This document shows, in pieces, positions 17,881 through 29,070 of a stretch of 63,803 nt of DNA (within the stretch, counting starts at the first letter, position 1; the number at the start of each line of letters is the position of its first letter). The notes below the pieces were generated by a model. That model was not told the DNA's origin and ran no database searches. It was given only the letters and a program-made list of their open reading frames with translations. The stretch lies in contig JAZSQJ010000045.1 of NCBI GenBank assembly GCA_045537905.1, forward strand, positions 1-63,803, given 5' to 3'. The position numbers were made by a program, and so were the translations under genes. Origin of the DNA: Eubacteriales bacterium (GTDB lineage: Bacteria > Bacillota > Clostridia > Oscillospirales > CAG-382).

Positions 17881-19383
17881 GTGTTTTTTGTGGTTAAACG
17901 CAGCGCATTGTTTATATGCTTTTGCATTGCTATAATTTTTACGTGTATTTTGCCTGTTTTTTCCGCAGAGGGGGGCCTGTCTGTAACCATAGAAAACACC
18001 GTTGTTTCCTACACTCCCGAGGGGTACTATCCCACCGCAAGGGCAAGCGCCTACAAGGGCGAGCTTAAGTATGAGGTAAGGGATAAAAACGGTGATATGG
18101 TGTCAATCCCCGTAATTGATGCAGGCACCTATACCGTCCGTGCCTATCTTGATGAAACTGCCGCCCATCCTGCCGCCTCCGATACTGCTACCCTCACTAT
18201 AGAAAAGGCAAGGGTATCCATATCCGTCAGCGAAACGGTGGTGGCACACACCGCTATGGAAAACCCTGTCAGGTACAGCGTAAGCCCCTCCTGGGCGGCT
18301 GATATGGTGGAGCTTTCTGTAAGCTACCGTGTTATAAAGGACTACGAGGATGAGGGCACTGCGGTAAGCGTGCCTAAGGATATAGGCAAATACCTTGTCC
18401 GCATAGACGTTCTTAATATCGACCCTAACCTTAGCTGTGCGGGCAAATATCTGGTTTACGAAATAGCGGAGAGGGCAGGTACGCCTCTTTCCCCGGAGGA
18501 CGCACTGCTTAGCGTTCCCAAGGATTTTACGGCAACGGTTGAGAGCATAAACGCCGTTTACGCCAGCCCCTACCAGCCTCCCAAGTATCACACCAATATT
18601 GCAGGGGTGGAAACAGAGCTTAGGTATAGTCACCTCTACGCCAACGGCACAATGGGTGCCTACACTGCCGACCTTCCTACCGAGCCGGGTGACTACGTAG
18701 CCTCCTGCTTCGTGCTGGATACGGTTATCGGCAGCGGCAGGATAATAATAGATAAGCTTACCCCCAAGGTGGAGATGGCAGACCTTAGCTTTACCTACAC
18801 TGCCGAGGGTATATATCCCCCTGCGGCAAAGCTTACCCCGTCGGGCATAGACGTGGTATATAAGGCATACGAATATAAGGACGGCACCGCAGGTGCGGCT
18901 GTGTCCCTGCCACTGAGGGAGTGCGGCACCTATCTTATAAGTGCCTCTCCCGAAAACACTGCCCTCTACGGCTTTGTGGTGTCCTATTGCTATATCACCA
19001 TAGAAAAGCTTACCCCCGTTATCAGCGGAGAGAGCTTTGTATACACCGAGGACGGCTCACCAAAGCCCTTGCAGATAAGCGTACAGCCAAACTTTGTGGA
19101 GTACAGCGTAAGCTACTACCGTATCGACGGCGGCAAGACGGTAGCCCTTGACTCTGCCCCCTCTGCGGCGGGAGAATACTATGCAACGGTGGCGGTGAAG
19201 GGAAGCAAGAACGTAAACGCAGTAACCGACGTGTACGGACTGCGTATACTGCCCCCCGTAAGCAAGGCGGACAGGGCCTTTTCTGCAGTGCTTAAGGCTA
19301 TGGGCCTGTTGGTGTCTGTCACAGCCGTAGTTTTTGGTTGCTACGATTTGCTTAAAAACGGCAAAAGGAGGAGCGTTAAATGA
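17881..19383 (+). CDS. Membrane-anchored secreted protein with MBG-like Ig-fold repeats
   Basis: Signal peptide; four repeats of P..xGxY.V (DAGTYTV, DIGKYLV, EPGDYVA, AAGEYYA); C-terminal TM plus basic tail. Confidence 0.65.
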   Translation: MFFVVKRSALFICFCIAIIFTCILPVFSAEGGLSVTIENTVVSYTPEGYYPTARASAYKGELKYEVRDKNGDMVSIPVIDAGTYTVRAYLDETAAHPAASDTATLTIEKARVSISVSETVVAHTAMENPVRYSVSPSWAADMVELSVSYRVIKDYEDEGTAVSVPKDIGKYLVRIDVLNIDPNLSCAGKYLVYEIAERAGTPLSPEDALLSVPKDFTATVESINAVYASPYQPPKYHTNIAGVETELRYSHLYANGTMGAYTADLPTEPGDYVASCFVLDTVIGSGRIIIDKLTPKVEMADLSFTYTAEGIYPPAAKLTPSGIDVVYKAYEYKDGTAGAAVSLPLRECGTYLISASPENTALYGFVVSYCYITIEKLTPVISGESFVYTEDGSPKPLQISVQPNFVEYSVSYYRIDGGKTVALDSAPSAAGEYYATVAVKGSKNVNAVTDVYGLRILPPVSKADRAFSAVLKAMGLLVSVTAVVFGCYDLLKNGKRRSVK

Positions 19384-20210
19384 GTATACTCGAAGCCGTA
19401 GTATACGGCATAGTACAGGGCGTTGCGGAGTTTTTGCCTATCTCCAGCTCAGGCCACCTTGCCCTTGCCCAAAACTTTTTTGGTACGGGCAGTGCCGAGG
19501 AGTTTTTTGGTTTTAATATTCTTTTGCATTTCGGCACGCTGATAGCAGTGTTTGTTATGTATTACAAGGACGTTTGGGATCTGATAAAGGGCTTTTTTGC
19601 CCTCTGTGCCAGACCCTTTAGCGGCAGGGCAAAGTCTGCACTGCAGTTCCACGAGAAGCTGTTTCTTATGGTATGTGCCGCTACGGCGGTGCTTGTTCCT
19701 GCGGCTCTTGCCTCCGACTACGTGGAGAGCCTGGCGGACATAAGCTGGGCGATAGGCGTACTTCTTGTTATAAACGGCTTTATGCTGTTCGTTTCCGATA
19801 AGCTTAATAAGGGCGAAAACAGTCTGGAAAACAGCACGGTGCTCCGCACCTTTTATATAGGCGTCTTTCAGCTGTTCGGCATCCTGCCGGGCATATCCCG
19901 TTCAGGCTCCACCATCACGGGCGGTCTCCTTAACGGTCTTAACAGGAAGGATGCGGTACGCTTTTCCTTTTTGATGTCTATCCCCGCCATCCTTGGTGCA
20001 AACCTTTTGGAACTGTTTGGCTCTGAGGGTAGCATTTTTGCGGACGTTGGCGTGCTGCCCTGTCTTATAGGTATGCTTGCGGCGGCACTTTCGGGTATGC
20101 TTGCCATAAAGATATTGCAGTTTTTTGCAAGCAAAAAAAGCTTTACACCCTTTGCCGTGTACAGCCTTATAGTAGGCGTGGCGGCAATAGTCGGTGATTT
20201 TTTGGTTTAA
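19380..20210 (+). CDS. uppP: Undecaprenyl-diphosphate phosphatase
   Basis: QGVAEFLPISSSGH and PGISRSGST motifs. Confidence 0.95.
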   Translation: MSILEAVVYGIVQGVAEFLPISSSGHLALAQNFFGTGSAEEFFGFNILLHFGTLIAVFVMYYKDVWDLIKGFFALCARPFSGRAKSALQFHEKLFLMVCAATAVLVPAALASDYVESLADISWAIGVLLVINGFMLFVSDKLNKGENSLENSTVLRTFYIGVFQLFGILPGISRSGSTITGGLLNGLNRKDAVRFSFLMSIPAILGANLLELFGSEGSIFADVGVLPCLIGMLAAALSGMLAIKILQFFASKKSFTPFAVYSLIVGVAAIVGDFLV

Positions 20211-20258
20211 GCGTTAGGAAAATTGATTATTAAATTGTATAATATAGGTTGGTAAAAC

Positions 20259-22850
20259 ATGGCTCAAACAAAAAACAAGACAAATAATAACAAAAAAACA
20301 AGCTCCCCTAAAAAGCTTGCGGCTCCCAAGGCAAAAAGCAGTACAGCTGCAAAAAAAGGGGCACCTACTCCCACACCGCTGGTAAAAAAGCCTGTAAACC
20401 CCCTGGTTGGCTTTTGTATAACGGCGGTTATAACCCTTTTGCTGGTGTTTTTGCTTATATTCAAGGATATGGCGTTTGTTGGCAAGGTTGTCCGTCCCTT
20501 TCTTTGCGGCTTGGTGGGCGAGTGGGGCGTTATCCTTGCACCTGCTTATCTGATAAAGCTGCTGTTTACCTGGTTTAACGACAGAAAGAACGATAAGGCA
20601 GGCTTTAAGTGGTTCTTTACCACCGTAAACTACCTGTCTGTCCTTATGATGATACACCGTTTTTCCGTTCCCGAGGCAGAGCGTGCCTTTGGTCTTAACA
20701 ACTGGACTATGGGCGTAGAGGGCGTTGGTACGGGCGTAATCGGCGGTACCGCCTTCACCGGCCTCAGTGCCTTTATGGGTGAGGCGGCAACCCTTACTAT
20801 AGCAATAATTATCGCCGTAGTAACCCTGCCCTTGCTGTTCGACTCTACGATAGTCCGTGTGTTCAAGTCTATAGTCAAGGCTCTCCGCACCCTTACCGTA
20901 CAGGTAGCCGATGACGAGGACGTGTACGAGGAGGAGCTGGTTGAGGAAGCTCCCGTTAAGGACAAAAGGCGTAAGGCTGTCCTTACCGAGGACAAGCAGA
21001 GCAAAAAGCGAGGCAAGCTGGTGGACTACTTTGGCAACGGCGAGGAGGACCGGGAGATAAAAACCCTGCCCGAGCAGGCAGAGGAGGAGATAAACCGTAC
21101 CCGTCCTACCCCAAGCCATAACGAAGCCGTTACAGAGGAGCAGGAAGAAGAATACGTAGAGGAAAAAAGCTCTGAAACTTATGAAGAGACAGAAGAAAAG
21201 ACGGTAGAGGAAGAAAAAAGAGCCGAGGAAGAAAAGGCAGCCGTCGAGGAAACTGCTACCGAGGAAGAGCTTACCGAGGCACAGGCAGAGGAAAATCTGA
21301 CCCAAACCCCCTTTGAGGAGGTTGAAAAGGAAAAAACAGCCTACGTACTGCCTCCTATAAGCCTGCTTACCCCTAAGGACCCCGAAAAGGAAGGCTTTTC
21401 CCCCGACGAGGTTCAGAGAACCAGCGAGCTGTTGGTGCAAACCATGGCAGATTTTGGTGTGCGTGCCCGTGTGGTAAACACCTGCTGCGGTCCTACGGTA
21501 ACCAGATACGAGGTACAGCCTGAGGCAGGTGTCCGTGTTAAGCAGATAGCAAACCTGTCCGACGATATAGCGTTGCACCTTGCCGCTACCAGCATAAGAA
21601 TGGAAGCACCTATCCCCGGCAAGTCTGCGGTGGGTATAGAGATACCCAATAAAAACAAAAACGTAGTTCGCCTGCGTGAGCTTATTGAGGGTGACGAGTT
21701 CAAAAAGTCAAACAAAAAGCTCCTTTGCTGTCTTGGCGTGGACGTGGTTGGCAACCCCGTAACCCTTAACGTGGCAGAAATGCCTCACCTGCTTATAGCA
21801 GGTGCAACGGGTATGGGTAAGTCCGTATGTATCAACTCTCTTATAGTGTCCTTGCTTTACCGTGCCCATCCCGACGAGGTTAAGCTTATACTTATCGACC
21901 CCAAAAAGGTAGAGTTTTCGGATTACAACGGCATCCCTCACCTGCTGGTACCCGTTGTTACCGAGCCTAAGAAGGCGGCAGGCTCCTTAAGCTGGGCAGT
22001 GCTGGAGATGGAAAGACGCTTCTCCGAGATACAGGAGGTAGGCGCAAAGAACCTTGAGGAGTACAACGAGCTTACGGCAGACGACCCCGAAAAGGAATAT
22101 ATGCCCCAGATTGTAATAATCATTGACGAGCTGGCTGACCTTATGATGACGGCTCCCGACGAGGTAGAAAGCTCTATCTGCCGTCTTGCACAAAAGGCAC
22201 GTGCGGCAGGTATGTACCTTATTATCGGTACCCAGCGTCCCTCCGTTGACGTAATTACAGGTCTTATCAAGGCAAACATCCCTTCCAGAATAGCCTGTAA
22301 GGTTGCCTCTCAGGTAGACAGCCGTACCATTCTTGACACCGCAGGCGCTGAAAAGCTTATGGGTAAAGGCGATATGCTTTACAATCCCGTTGGTATTCTT
22401 AAGCCCAGGCGTGTACAGGGTGCCTTTGTAGAGGGCAGGGAGGTAATAGCAATTTGTACCTACCTTAAGGAAGCGGCACAGGCAAAGTACAGCGAGGACG
22501 TAATGGCAATAATCGAAAAGGAAGCCCAGATGTGCGGCGAAAAGCCTTCCAAGCGTGCCGCAGCCGAGGGCGATGGCGGAGCCGACGTTGCCGACAGTAT
22601 GGAGATGAAGGTTATCGAGCTTGCCATAGAGTGCGATACTATATCCACCTCCCTTATTCAGCGTAGACTTTCCATCGGTTATTCCCGTGCAGCCCGTATA
22701 ATTGACAGGTTGGAGCGTAACGGTATAGTTGGTGCCTTTGATGCGGCGGCAAAAAAGCGTAAGGTGCTTATCAGTAAAGAGGACTTTATGAAAATGCAAA
22801 TGAACAAGGCAGACGAGGATGGCTCTGCAGGTGACGAAAATAAGGAGTAG
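20259..22850 (+). CDS. ftsK: FtsK/SpoIIIE DNA translocase
   Basis: N-terminal TMs; acidic linker; PHLLIAGATGMGKS, IIIDELAD, TQRPSVDV; gamma domain QRRLSIGYSRAAR. Confidence 0.95.
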   Translation: MAQTKNKTNNNKKTSSPKKLAAPKAKSSTAAKKGAPTPTPLVKKPVNPLVGFCITAVITLLLVFLLIFKDMAFVGKVVRPFLCGLVGEWGVILAPAYLIKLLFTWFNDRKNDKAGFKWFFTTVNYLSVLMMIHRFSVPEAERAFGLNNWTMGVEGVGTGVIGGTAFTGLSAFMGEAATLTIAIIIAVVTLPLLFDSTIVRVFKSIVKALRTLTVQVADDEDVYEEELVEEAPVKDKRRKAVLTEDKQSKKRGKLVDYFGNGEEDREIKTLPEQAEEEINRTRPTPSHNEAVTEEQEEEYVEEKSSETYEETEEKTVEEEKRAEEEKAAVEETATEEELTEAQAEENLTQTPFEEVEKEKTAYVLPPISLLTPKDPEKEGFSPDEVQRTSELLVQTMADFGVRARVVNTCCGPTVTRYEVQPEAGVRVKQIANLSDDIALHLAATSIRMEAPIPGKSAVGIEIPNKNKNVVRLRELIEGDEFKKSNKKLLCCLGVDVVGNPVTLNVAEMPHLLIAGATGMGKSVCINSLIVSLLYRAHPDEVKLILIDPKKVEFSDYNGIPHLLVPVVTEPKKAAGSLSWAVLEMERRFSEIQEVGAKNLEEYNELTADDPEKEYMPQIVIIIDELADLMMTAPDEVESSICRLAQKARAAGMYLIIGTQRPSVDVITGLIKANIPSRIACKVASQVDSRTILDTAGAEKLMGKGDMLYNPVGILKPRRVQGAFVEGREVIAICTYLKEAAQAKYSEDVMAIIEKEAQMCGEKPSKRAAAEGDGGADVADSMEMKVIELAIECDTISTSLIQRRLSIGYSRAARIIDRLERNGIVGAFDAAAKKRKVLISKEDFMKMQMNKADEDGSAGDENKE

Positions 22851-22853
22851 TAA

Positions 22854-23390
22854 ATGAAAAGGCTTATATACGTTTTGCTTGTCCTTTGCCTTTGCATAAG
22901 CAGCTGCGGCAGCGAGACGGCTGTCAGCGTCAAGGACGCTCCTGACTTTGCCGCCCCTCTGGAGAGGGCGCTTAACGCACTGCTTGAGGGCGACGGCGAG
23001 GATTATTATAAGGAGTTTCCGCCCCGTATGGTAAAGGATTACAAGGAGCAGGAGGTTTGTCTGTACTATTACAGCCTGCAGGATATGTCTGCCTGGCTGA
23101 AAAACAACCTGCGTATCTACGGGGACTCTTACGGAGAAGACTTTTATATAAGAGGCAGTATAAGCCGTATAGAAATGGCAAGCGTTGCCGCTATGGGGGA
23201 CGCTAATCTGGACTATCATACCTATATGAGATACGTTACTGAGGAGAACACAGCCGAGGTGATGGCGGCGTATTTCAACTACACCATAGGCGGTAGCGAG
23301 GGTAGTGAGGAAAAGGAAGCAAAGCTGTATTTTGTAAAGCAAGAGGAAAAATGGTATCTCCATCCCTGCTTTGCGTTTTACACCTTTTAG
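22854..23390 (+). CDS. Hypothetical lipoprotein (NTF2-like)
   Basis: Lipobox ISSC after a hydrophobic stretch; C-terminal K..EKWYL. Confidence 0.65.
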   Translation: MKRLIYVLLVLCLCISSCGSETAVSVKDAPDFAAPLERALNALLEGDGEDYYKEFPPRMVKDYKEQEVCLYYYSLQDMSAWLKNNLRIYGDSYGEDFYIRGSISRIEMASVAAMGDANLDYHTYMRYVTEENTAEVMAAYFNYTIGGSEGSEEKEAKLYFVKQEEKWYLHPCFAFYTF

Positions 23391-23405
23391 AAGGAGGGAA
23401 GGGGT

Positions 23406-23882
23406 ATGGAAAACAAGGAAAGCCGAGGGGCACTTATTGCAGAGTTTTTACGTTACGCCGTGGTTGGCGGCATAGCCTTTGTGGTGGATTTTGGCGTGTT
23501 TGCTTTGTTCAGAGAGCTGGTATTTGGCGGCGGAAACGGCACGGCGGCGATAACAGTATCCACGGCGGCAGGCTTTTTGGCAGGTCTGGCTGTAAACTAC
23601 GTGCTGTCAATGCTGATGGTGTTCCGCAGTGAAAAACAGCAAAAGCAAGGCAAAAATATGCGTGCGGTGCTGATTTTTGCCCTTATCGGTCTTATAGGAC
23701 TTGGACTTACGGAGCTGCTCCAATGGCTGGGTGAGACTGTGATTTTGCAAACAGCCTTTGGCAAGGCGGTAAACGACCTTGTTTTCGGTCTGGGTGCCTA
23801 CGCAGTTAAAATAGTAGTTGCAGGCATAGTTCTTATATGGAACTATGTGGGAAGAAAAATATTTGTATTTAAGGAGAACTAA
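23406..23882 (+). CDS. GtrA-family putative lipid-linked sugar flippase
   Basis: [25 protein letters not shown] and [11 protein letters not shown]. Confidence 0.9.
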   Translation: MENKESRGALIAEFLRYAVVGGIAFVVDFGVFALFRELVFGGGNGTAAITVSTAAGFLAGLAVNYVLSMLMVFRSEKQQKQGKNMRAVLIFALIGLIGLGLTELLQWLGETVILQTAFGKAVNDLVFGLGAYAVKIVVAGIVLIWNYVGRKIFVFKEN

Positions 23883-23883
23883 A

Positions 23884-25458
23884 ATGGCAGAGAAGAAACA
23901 ACACGCAGTTATAATCGGCGCAGGCCCTGCAGGTCTTACTGCGGCGTACGAGCTTTTGAAAAAAACTGATATTTTACCCATAATCATCGAGGAAAGCCCC
24001 TTTATCGGCGGTATCTCCCGCACAGCTCAGGTAAGGGGCAACCGTATGGACCTTGGCGGCCACCGTTTCTTTTCAAAGGACAGCCGCGTTACCGATTTTT
24101 GGAATATGCTTATGCCTACTCAGGGGGCACCCTCCTCTGACGATATAATCACCGGTAACGAAAAGCCTCTCGCCGAGGGCGGTCCCGACCCCGAAAGGGA
24201 GGATAGGGTAATGCTTGTCCGCACCCGTGTGTCCCGTATATTCTTCCTCCGTAAATTCTTTGATTATCCCATCAGTATGAAGGGCGAGACCTTCAAGAAT
24301 ATGGGCTTTAAGCGTACGGTAAAAAGCGGCTTTGGCTATATAAAAAGCGTAATATTCAAGCTTCCCGAGGACAACCTTAAAAACTTTTATATCAACCGCT
24401 TCGGCAAGCCTCTTTACGAGATGTTCTTCGAGGATTACACCACCAAGCTCTGGGGCGTTAACCCCGAGAACATATCCGCAGACTGGGGCGCTCAGCGTGT
24501 AAAGGGTCTTTCTCTTACCAAGGCGATATGGTCTATGCTCAAAAAGCCCTTTGTCAAGGAGGGCGGCAAGAACGTAGAGACCTCGCTTATCGAGCAGTTT
24601 ATTTACCCCAAAAAGGGTCCCGGTCAGCTTTGGGAGGCTCTTGCTGACGAGATAGAAAAGCTGGGCGGTGCCATAATAATGGAAGCTAAGGCAACGGGCG
24701 TTGTTACCGAGGGTAAGCGTGTACAGGGAGTAAGGGTGCAGATGAACGGTAAGGAAGAGGTGCTGGACTGTGACTACGTCCTTTCCTCTATGCCCGTTAA
24801 GGACCTTATAGCAGGCTTTGACAAGGCGCCTGACAACGTGCGTGAGGTTGCCTCAGGCTTGCCCTACCGTGACTTTATAACCGTAGGCCTCCTTGTGGAC
24901 AAGCTTCTTATAGAAAACAAAACCAAGATGAAAACAGTGGGCAACATCGTTCCCGACTGCTGGATATATATTCAGGAGCGTGACGTTAAGCTGGGCAGAC
25001 TGCAAATCTTCAACAACTGGTCACCCTATATGGTATCCGACCCCTCAAAGATATGGATGGGTCTGGAGTACTTCTGTAACGAGGGGGACGAAATGTGGAA
25101 TATGGAGGACGAGGAGTTTATAAGCTTCGCCATCTCCGAGCTTGAGAAGATAGATATTATCGACAAGGAGGACGTAAGGGACTCCGTCCGCATCCGTGTC
25201 AAGAAGGCATACCCTGCATACTTTGGCGTATACAGCCGCTTTGATGAGGTAAAGCAGTTCCTTGACGGCTTTGACAACCTGTTCTGCATAGGCAGAAACG
25301 GTCAGCACAGGTATAACAATATGGACCACTCTATGCTCACCGCAATGGAGGCTGTTAACGCAATAGCCGGCGGCAGTACGGACAAAACCGCAGTTTGGAA
25401 CGTTAATACCGAAAAAGAGTATCACGAGGAAAATGCCGAAAAGAAAGGCGAGGAATAA
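23884..25458 (+). CDS. FAD-dependent oxidoreductase (HemY / UDP-galactopyranose-mutase-like superfamily)
   Basis: [45 protein letters not shown]. Confidence 0.8.
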   Translation: MAEKKQHAVIIGAGPAGLTAAYELLKKTDILPIIIEESPFIGGISRTAQVRGNRMDLGGHRFFSKDSRVTDFWNMLMPTQGAPSSDDIITGNEKPLAEGGPDPEREDRVMLVRTRVSRIFFLRKFFDYPISMKGETFKNMGFKRTVKSGFGYIKSVIFKLPEDNLKNFYINRFGKPLYEMFFEDYTTKLWGVNPENISADWGAQRVKGLSLTKAIWSMLKKPFVKEGGKNVETSLIEQFIYPKKGPGQLWEALADEIEKLGGAIIMEAKATGVVTEGKRVQGVRVQMNGKEEVLDCDYVLSSMPVKDLIAGFDKAPDNVREVASGLPYRDFITVGLLVDKLLIENKTKMKTVGNIVPDCWIYIQERDVKLGRLQIFNNWSPYMVSDPSKIWMGLEYFCNEGDEMWNMEDEEFISFAISELEKIDIIDKEDVRDSVRIRVKKAYPAYFGVYSRFDEVKQFLDGFDNLFCIGRNGQHRYNNMDHSMLTAMEAVNAIAGGSTDKTAVWNVNTEKEYHEENAEKKGEE

Positions 25459-25461
25459 ACT

Positions 25462-27516
25462 GTGAAGCAGGAGCTTAAGGATAGTCTCTCCCTATCAAAC
25501 CATATATCGAAATATCCCCTTGCGTATACGGCGCTGCTGTGTCTGCTTTGCGGTAGCTTTACCCAAAAGCATCAGATAAGCATTTACTCAAGCGAAGGCG
25601 TAAGCGGCGGCTTTGTCTTGCTTTCTCTTGCGCCTGCCTTTGCTTTGGCAACGGTGTTCCTGGGACTTTACGTGGGCTTTATAAAAAACACGGAGCAAAG
25701 CGTGGCAAAGCGTGGCTTGTATATAGGTGCAGGCTTTGGCTTGGTGTTTTTGGTCAGCCTTGGTCTGTTTTCCTTAAGCGGCACCCTGTTTAAGCTGGCG
25801 GTAACCCTTATCGCAGTGGCAGCCTGCCTTATCGCCTTTTATCTATTTGTAAACAAAAGGGTGGCGTCAAGTGCTCTGGCGGCTATGTCCCTTTTGGCAC
25901 TGGGCTTTTATATAGGCTTTGGCGTAGTCTTTTACACCCTGGCAGTGCTGTTGTTTGCCCTTTATATAATGTTCTTTGATGAAACGGCGTTAGTTAAGCG
26001 TATCTCATCTGCGGTCCTGGTGGCTCTTTACGCCGTGCTGGTTCCCGTGCTGTATACAGCGACTGAAACCAAAAGCTCCGGCGTACTTGTAGCGGGTATG
26101 TTCCTTTGTGTAGGCGGCTTTTTCATATCGGAGCTCAGAGGCAAAAGCAAAATCCCCCCTATCATACTGTTTATGTTCGGTATGGGGCTCGTTATGCGTC
26201 TCGGTTACGTCCTTGATATTGTACTTCCCAATAATCAGCACGACGTATTTTCCGTGTTCCAGTATAAATATCCCCGCCACAATTCCTACATTATGTACAT
26301 CTACAACAACTGGTCTCTTCCCACTACGGACGTATATGATGCAGGTCTGTCCCAATATTACCATCCACCCCTTTACCATTTTCTTGCGGCGCTGTGGATG
26401 AAGCTGCAAACCAGCGTGGGTGTGGAGCTTTATGCCGCTTACGAGAACATACAGTATTTTACAATGTTCTGCTCTGCGGCAATGATGACCGTGGCATACA
26501 AGCTGTTTAACGAGTTTAAGCTTAAGGGTTTTGCCCTTTACACAGCCTTTGCCCTTATCGCCTTCCATCCAACCTTTTATATCTTTGCAGGCAGTGTCAA
26601 CAACGACCCCCTTACAAACCTGTTCCTGTTTCTTGCCATCCTGTACACAGTCCGTTGGTACAGGGAACAAAGCTTTAAGAACACCCTGCTTCTTGCTATA
26701 TGCATAGGCGGTGCAATGATGAGCAAGCTGTCGGGTGCCGTCATAGCCGTAGGCACGGCGTACGTTATGCTTGCCCGCTTGTTTGACAGAGAAACGGGTG
26801 GCTTTGTGGAAAACCTAAAAAGGCTTTGGAGCCGTTTCCTCGCCTTTGGCGTGCTGTGCTTCCCTTTGGGGCTTTGGTGGCCTATCCGTTGTGCTGTAAA
26901 ATACGGTATGCCCCTGGGCTACGTGCCTGCCCTCAGCAGCTCCAGCGTTTTGTATGTGGGTGACTACAGTATAATCCGGCGTCTTACGGGTATCGGTAGC
27001 TGGTCTTTGTCCAACGTGTACACCAACGTGGGTCATACCACGGTGGACGGCAGTGTTGTATCAGAGGGGGCAAAAAGTTTTTACGACTACGGTATAGCTC
27101 CCTATATTGTAAAAAGCTCTCTGTTTGGTGAGTATTTCTGGAAAACCGGTGTGAGCGGAGTGCAGAATGTATTGGCATACGTAATGGTGTTTTCTGCCCT
27201 CGCCCTTATCGGCGTAAGCCTGTACGCTATGGTTAAGGCATTGATAAAAGCAAAGGGTAGTGAAGCGGTACCCGTCCGCTTTATGGTGATATACTGGGTA
27301 GTGCTTCTTGGTAGCTATACAATGTTTTGCTTTACCTATCCACATACCTGTACTATGGACTTCCGCTACATAGTACCCAGCCTTCTCATAGGGGCAGTAT
27401 TCAGCGGTATGCTCATAAACGGCGAGGAGAAGAAAAAGCTAACACGCTATACCGTATTCGGTATAACGCTGCTGTTTAGTTTGGCTTCTATCGGTTTTTA
27501 CGCTTTGAGCTATTAA
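25462..27516 (+). CDS. GT-C fold membrane glycosyltransferase (PMT_2/GT39-like) with extra N-terminal TM block
   Basis: Many TMs; QHD loop, QYYHPPLYH, VNND, MSKLSG, DFRY. Confidence 0.7.
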   Translation: MKQELKDSLSLSNHISKYPLAYTALLCLLCGSFTQKHQISIYSSEGVSGGFVLLSLAPAFALATVFLGLYVGFIKNTEQSVAKRGLYIGAGFGLVFLVSLGLFSLSGTLFKLAVTLIAVAACLIAFYLFVNKRVASSALAAMSLLALGFYIGFGVVFYTLAVLLFALYIMFFDETALVKRISSAVLVALYAVLVPVLYTATETKSSGVLVAGMFLCVGGFFISELRGKSKIPPIILFMFGMGLVMRLGYVLDIVLPNNQHDVFSVFQYKYPRHNSYIMYIYNNWSLPTTDVYDAGLSQYYHPPLYHFLAALWMKLQTSVGVELYAAYENIQYFTMFCSAAMMTVAYKLFNEFKLKGFALYTAFALIAFHPTFYIFAGSVNNDPLTNLFLFLAILYTVRWYREQSFKNTLLLAICIGGAMMSKLSGAVIAVGTAYVMLARLFDRETGGFVENLKRLWSRFLAFGVLCFPLGLWWPIRCAVKYGMPLGYVPALSSSSVLYVGDYSIIRRLTGIGSWSLSNVYTNVGHTTVDGSVVSEGAKSFYDYGIAPYIVKSSLFGEYFWKTGVSGVQNVLAYVMVFSALALIGVSLYAMVKALIKAKGSEAVPVRFMVIYWVVLLGSYTMFCFTYPHTCTMDFRYIVPSLLIGAVFSGMLINGEEKKKLTRYTVFGITLLFSLASIGFYALSY

Positions 27517-27522
27517 AAAACT

Positions 27523-27570
27523 AAAAAGAGTAAACATAGGAAACACTTCCGATATGTTTACTCTTTTTTT
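27523..27570 (+). terminator. Intrinsic terminator ending the MBG-uppP-ftsK-glycosylation operon
   Basis: AAAAAGAGTAAACATA...TATGTTTACTCTTTTTTT. Confidence 0.7.
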
Positions 27571-27673
27571 GCAAAAAAAGCTAAATTTAATTTTCTTTTA
27601 TCTATTATTAATGTTTTACTGCTATAATACTCCTTGATAAATTGTGTATCATTACCGAAAGGAGGATACCGTT

Positions 27674-28384
27674 TTGGCAAAAGACACCTTTATTTTCAAA
27701 CGGACAGAAAAAAAGTACCGCATAAACACTGCCCAAAAGGAAAAGCTGCTTGCCATAATAGAGGATAAGCTTTATCCCGACGAGCACGGCAAAAGCACGG
27801 TTTGCAGTCTGTATCTTGACACCCCAAGCTATCTGCTGATACGAAACTCTATCGAGGCAAGAACGTATAAGGAAAAGCTAAGACTGAGAAGCTACGGCGT
27901 GCCCGACGGCAACACCCGTGTTTTTCTTGAGATAAAAAAGAAGTTTGAGGGCGTTGTGTATAAACGCCGTGTATCTATGCCCCTTGACAAGGCAATGGCT
28001 TATATAAACGGGGGAGAAAGCCCCCTACAAAGCCAGATAATGTCGGAGATAGATTACGCTATGGGGTTTTACGGTCACCCCAAGCCGTCAATCCTCGTAG
28101 CCTACGAGCGTGAGGCGTTCTACGTAAAGGAGGACCCTAATGTCCGATTGACCTTCGACAGCAATATAAGATACCGAAACGAGGATGTTTATCTGGAAAA
28201 GGGCAACCACGGTACAAAGATCCTGCCCGACGGTGACTTGGTGCTGGAGATTAAAACCGCCGGAGCAATGCCTCTATGGCTGTCCTCAGCGTTGTGTGAG
28301 CTTGGGATTTTCCCCTCGTCCTTTTCCAAGTGCGGCAACGCCTACCGTATGATTTTTGAAAATAATAAAGTAGCTAATATATAA
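27674..28384 (+). CDS. VTC/CYTH-like polyphosphate polymerase domain protein
   Basis: FKRTEKKY, SLYLDT, KLRLRSY, LEIKKK, RLTFD, FSK; TTG start after AGGAGG. Confidence 0.85.
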   Translation: MAKDTFIFKRTEKKYRINTAQKEKLLAIIEDKLYPDEHGKSTVCSLYLDTPSYLLIRNSIEARTYKEKLRLRSYGVPDGNTRVFLEIKKKFEGVVYKRRVSMPLDKAMAYINGGESPLQSQIMSEIDYAMGFYGHPKPSILVAYEREAFYVKEDPNVRLTFDSNIRYRNEDVYLEKGNHGTKILPDGDLVLEIKTAGAMPLWLSSALCELGIFPSSFSKCGNAYRMIFENNKVANI

Positions 28385-28398
28385 AAGGAGAGATACCT

Positions 28399-29070
28399 AT
28401 GACCGGAATATTTGAAACTATTATAAACGGTGCCACTCTTACCGCAAAGGAGTACTTCTTGTGTTTGCTGGCAGCACTGGGCTGCGGTGTTATTACCGCT
28501 GTGGCGGCTTCTATAAAATCCCATAGCTCCAAAAGCTTTGTTGTCTCCCTGATATTGCTTCCTATGATAGTACATACCGTAATAGTTATGGTAAACGGCG
28601 ACGTTGGTACGGGCGTAGCAGTAATGGGTGCCTTCTCTCTGGTTCGTTTCCGTTCCGTTGCAGGTAAGGCGAAGGAGATAGCGGCTATCTTCCTTACCAT
28701 GACCGCAGGTCTTGCCTGTGCCGCAGGCTATGCCGTGCTGGCTTTGGTGTTTACCGCTATAGTTTCTGCGGTTATGCTGGCTTTGTCCTTGGTTCCCATG
28801 CGTGAGCAACGCTGTATGGAGCTTAATATTTTCGTGCCCGAGACCCTCAGGTTTGCCGACGCCTTTGAGGACTTGTTTAAGGAATACACCCGCAGTCATA
28901 AGCTTATAAAAGTAAAAACCAGCAATATGGGCAGTATGTATAAGCTGTTTTACAGGGTAGAGCTTAAGAATAAGTCCCAGCTACAGGAGCTTGTGGATAA
29001 AATCCGTTGCCGCAACGGCAACCTTGAGATAAGCGTTTGCGAAGCAGTGGAAGGAAGTGACGAGCTTTGA
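28399..29070 (+). CDS. DUF4956 family membrane protein
   Basis: GVAVMGAFSLVRFRS motif; typical partner of VTC genes. Confidence 0.85.
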   Translation: MTGIFETIINGATLTAKEYFLCLLAALGCGVITAVAASIKSHSSKSFVVSLILLPMIVHTVIVMVNGDVGTGVAVMGAFSLVRFRSVAGKAKEIAAIFLTMTAGLACAAGYAVLALVFTAIVSAVMLALSLVPMREQRCMELNIFVPETLRFADAFEDLFKEYTRSHKLIKVKTSNMGSMYKLFYRVELKNKSQLQELVDKIRCRNGNLEISVCEAVEGSDEL

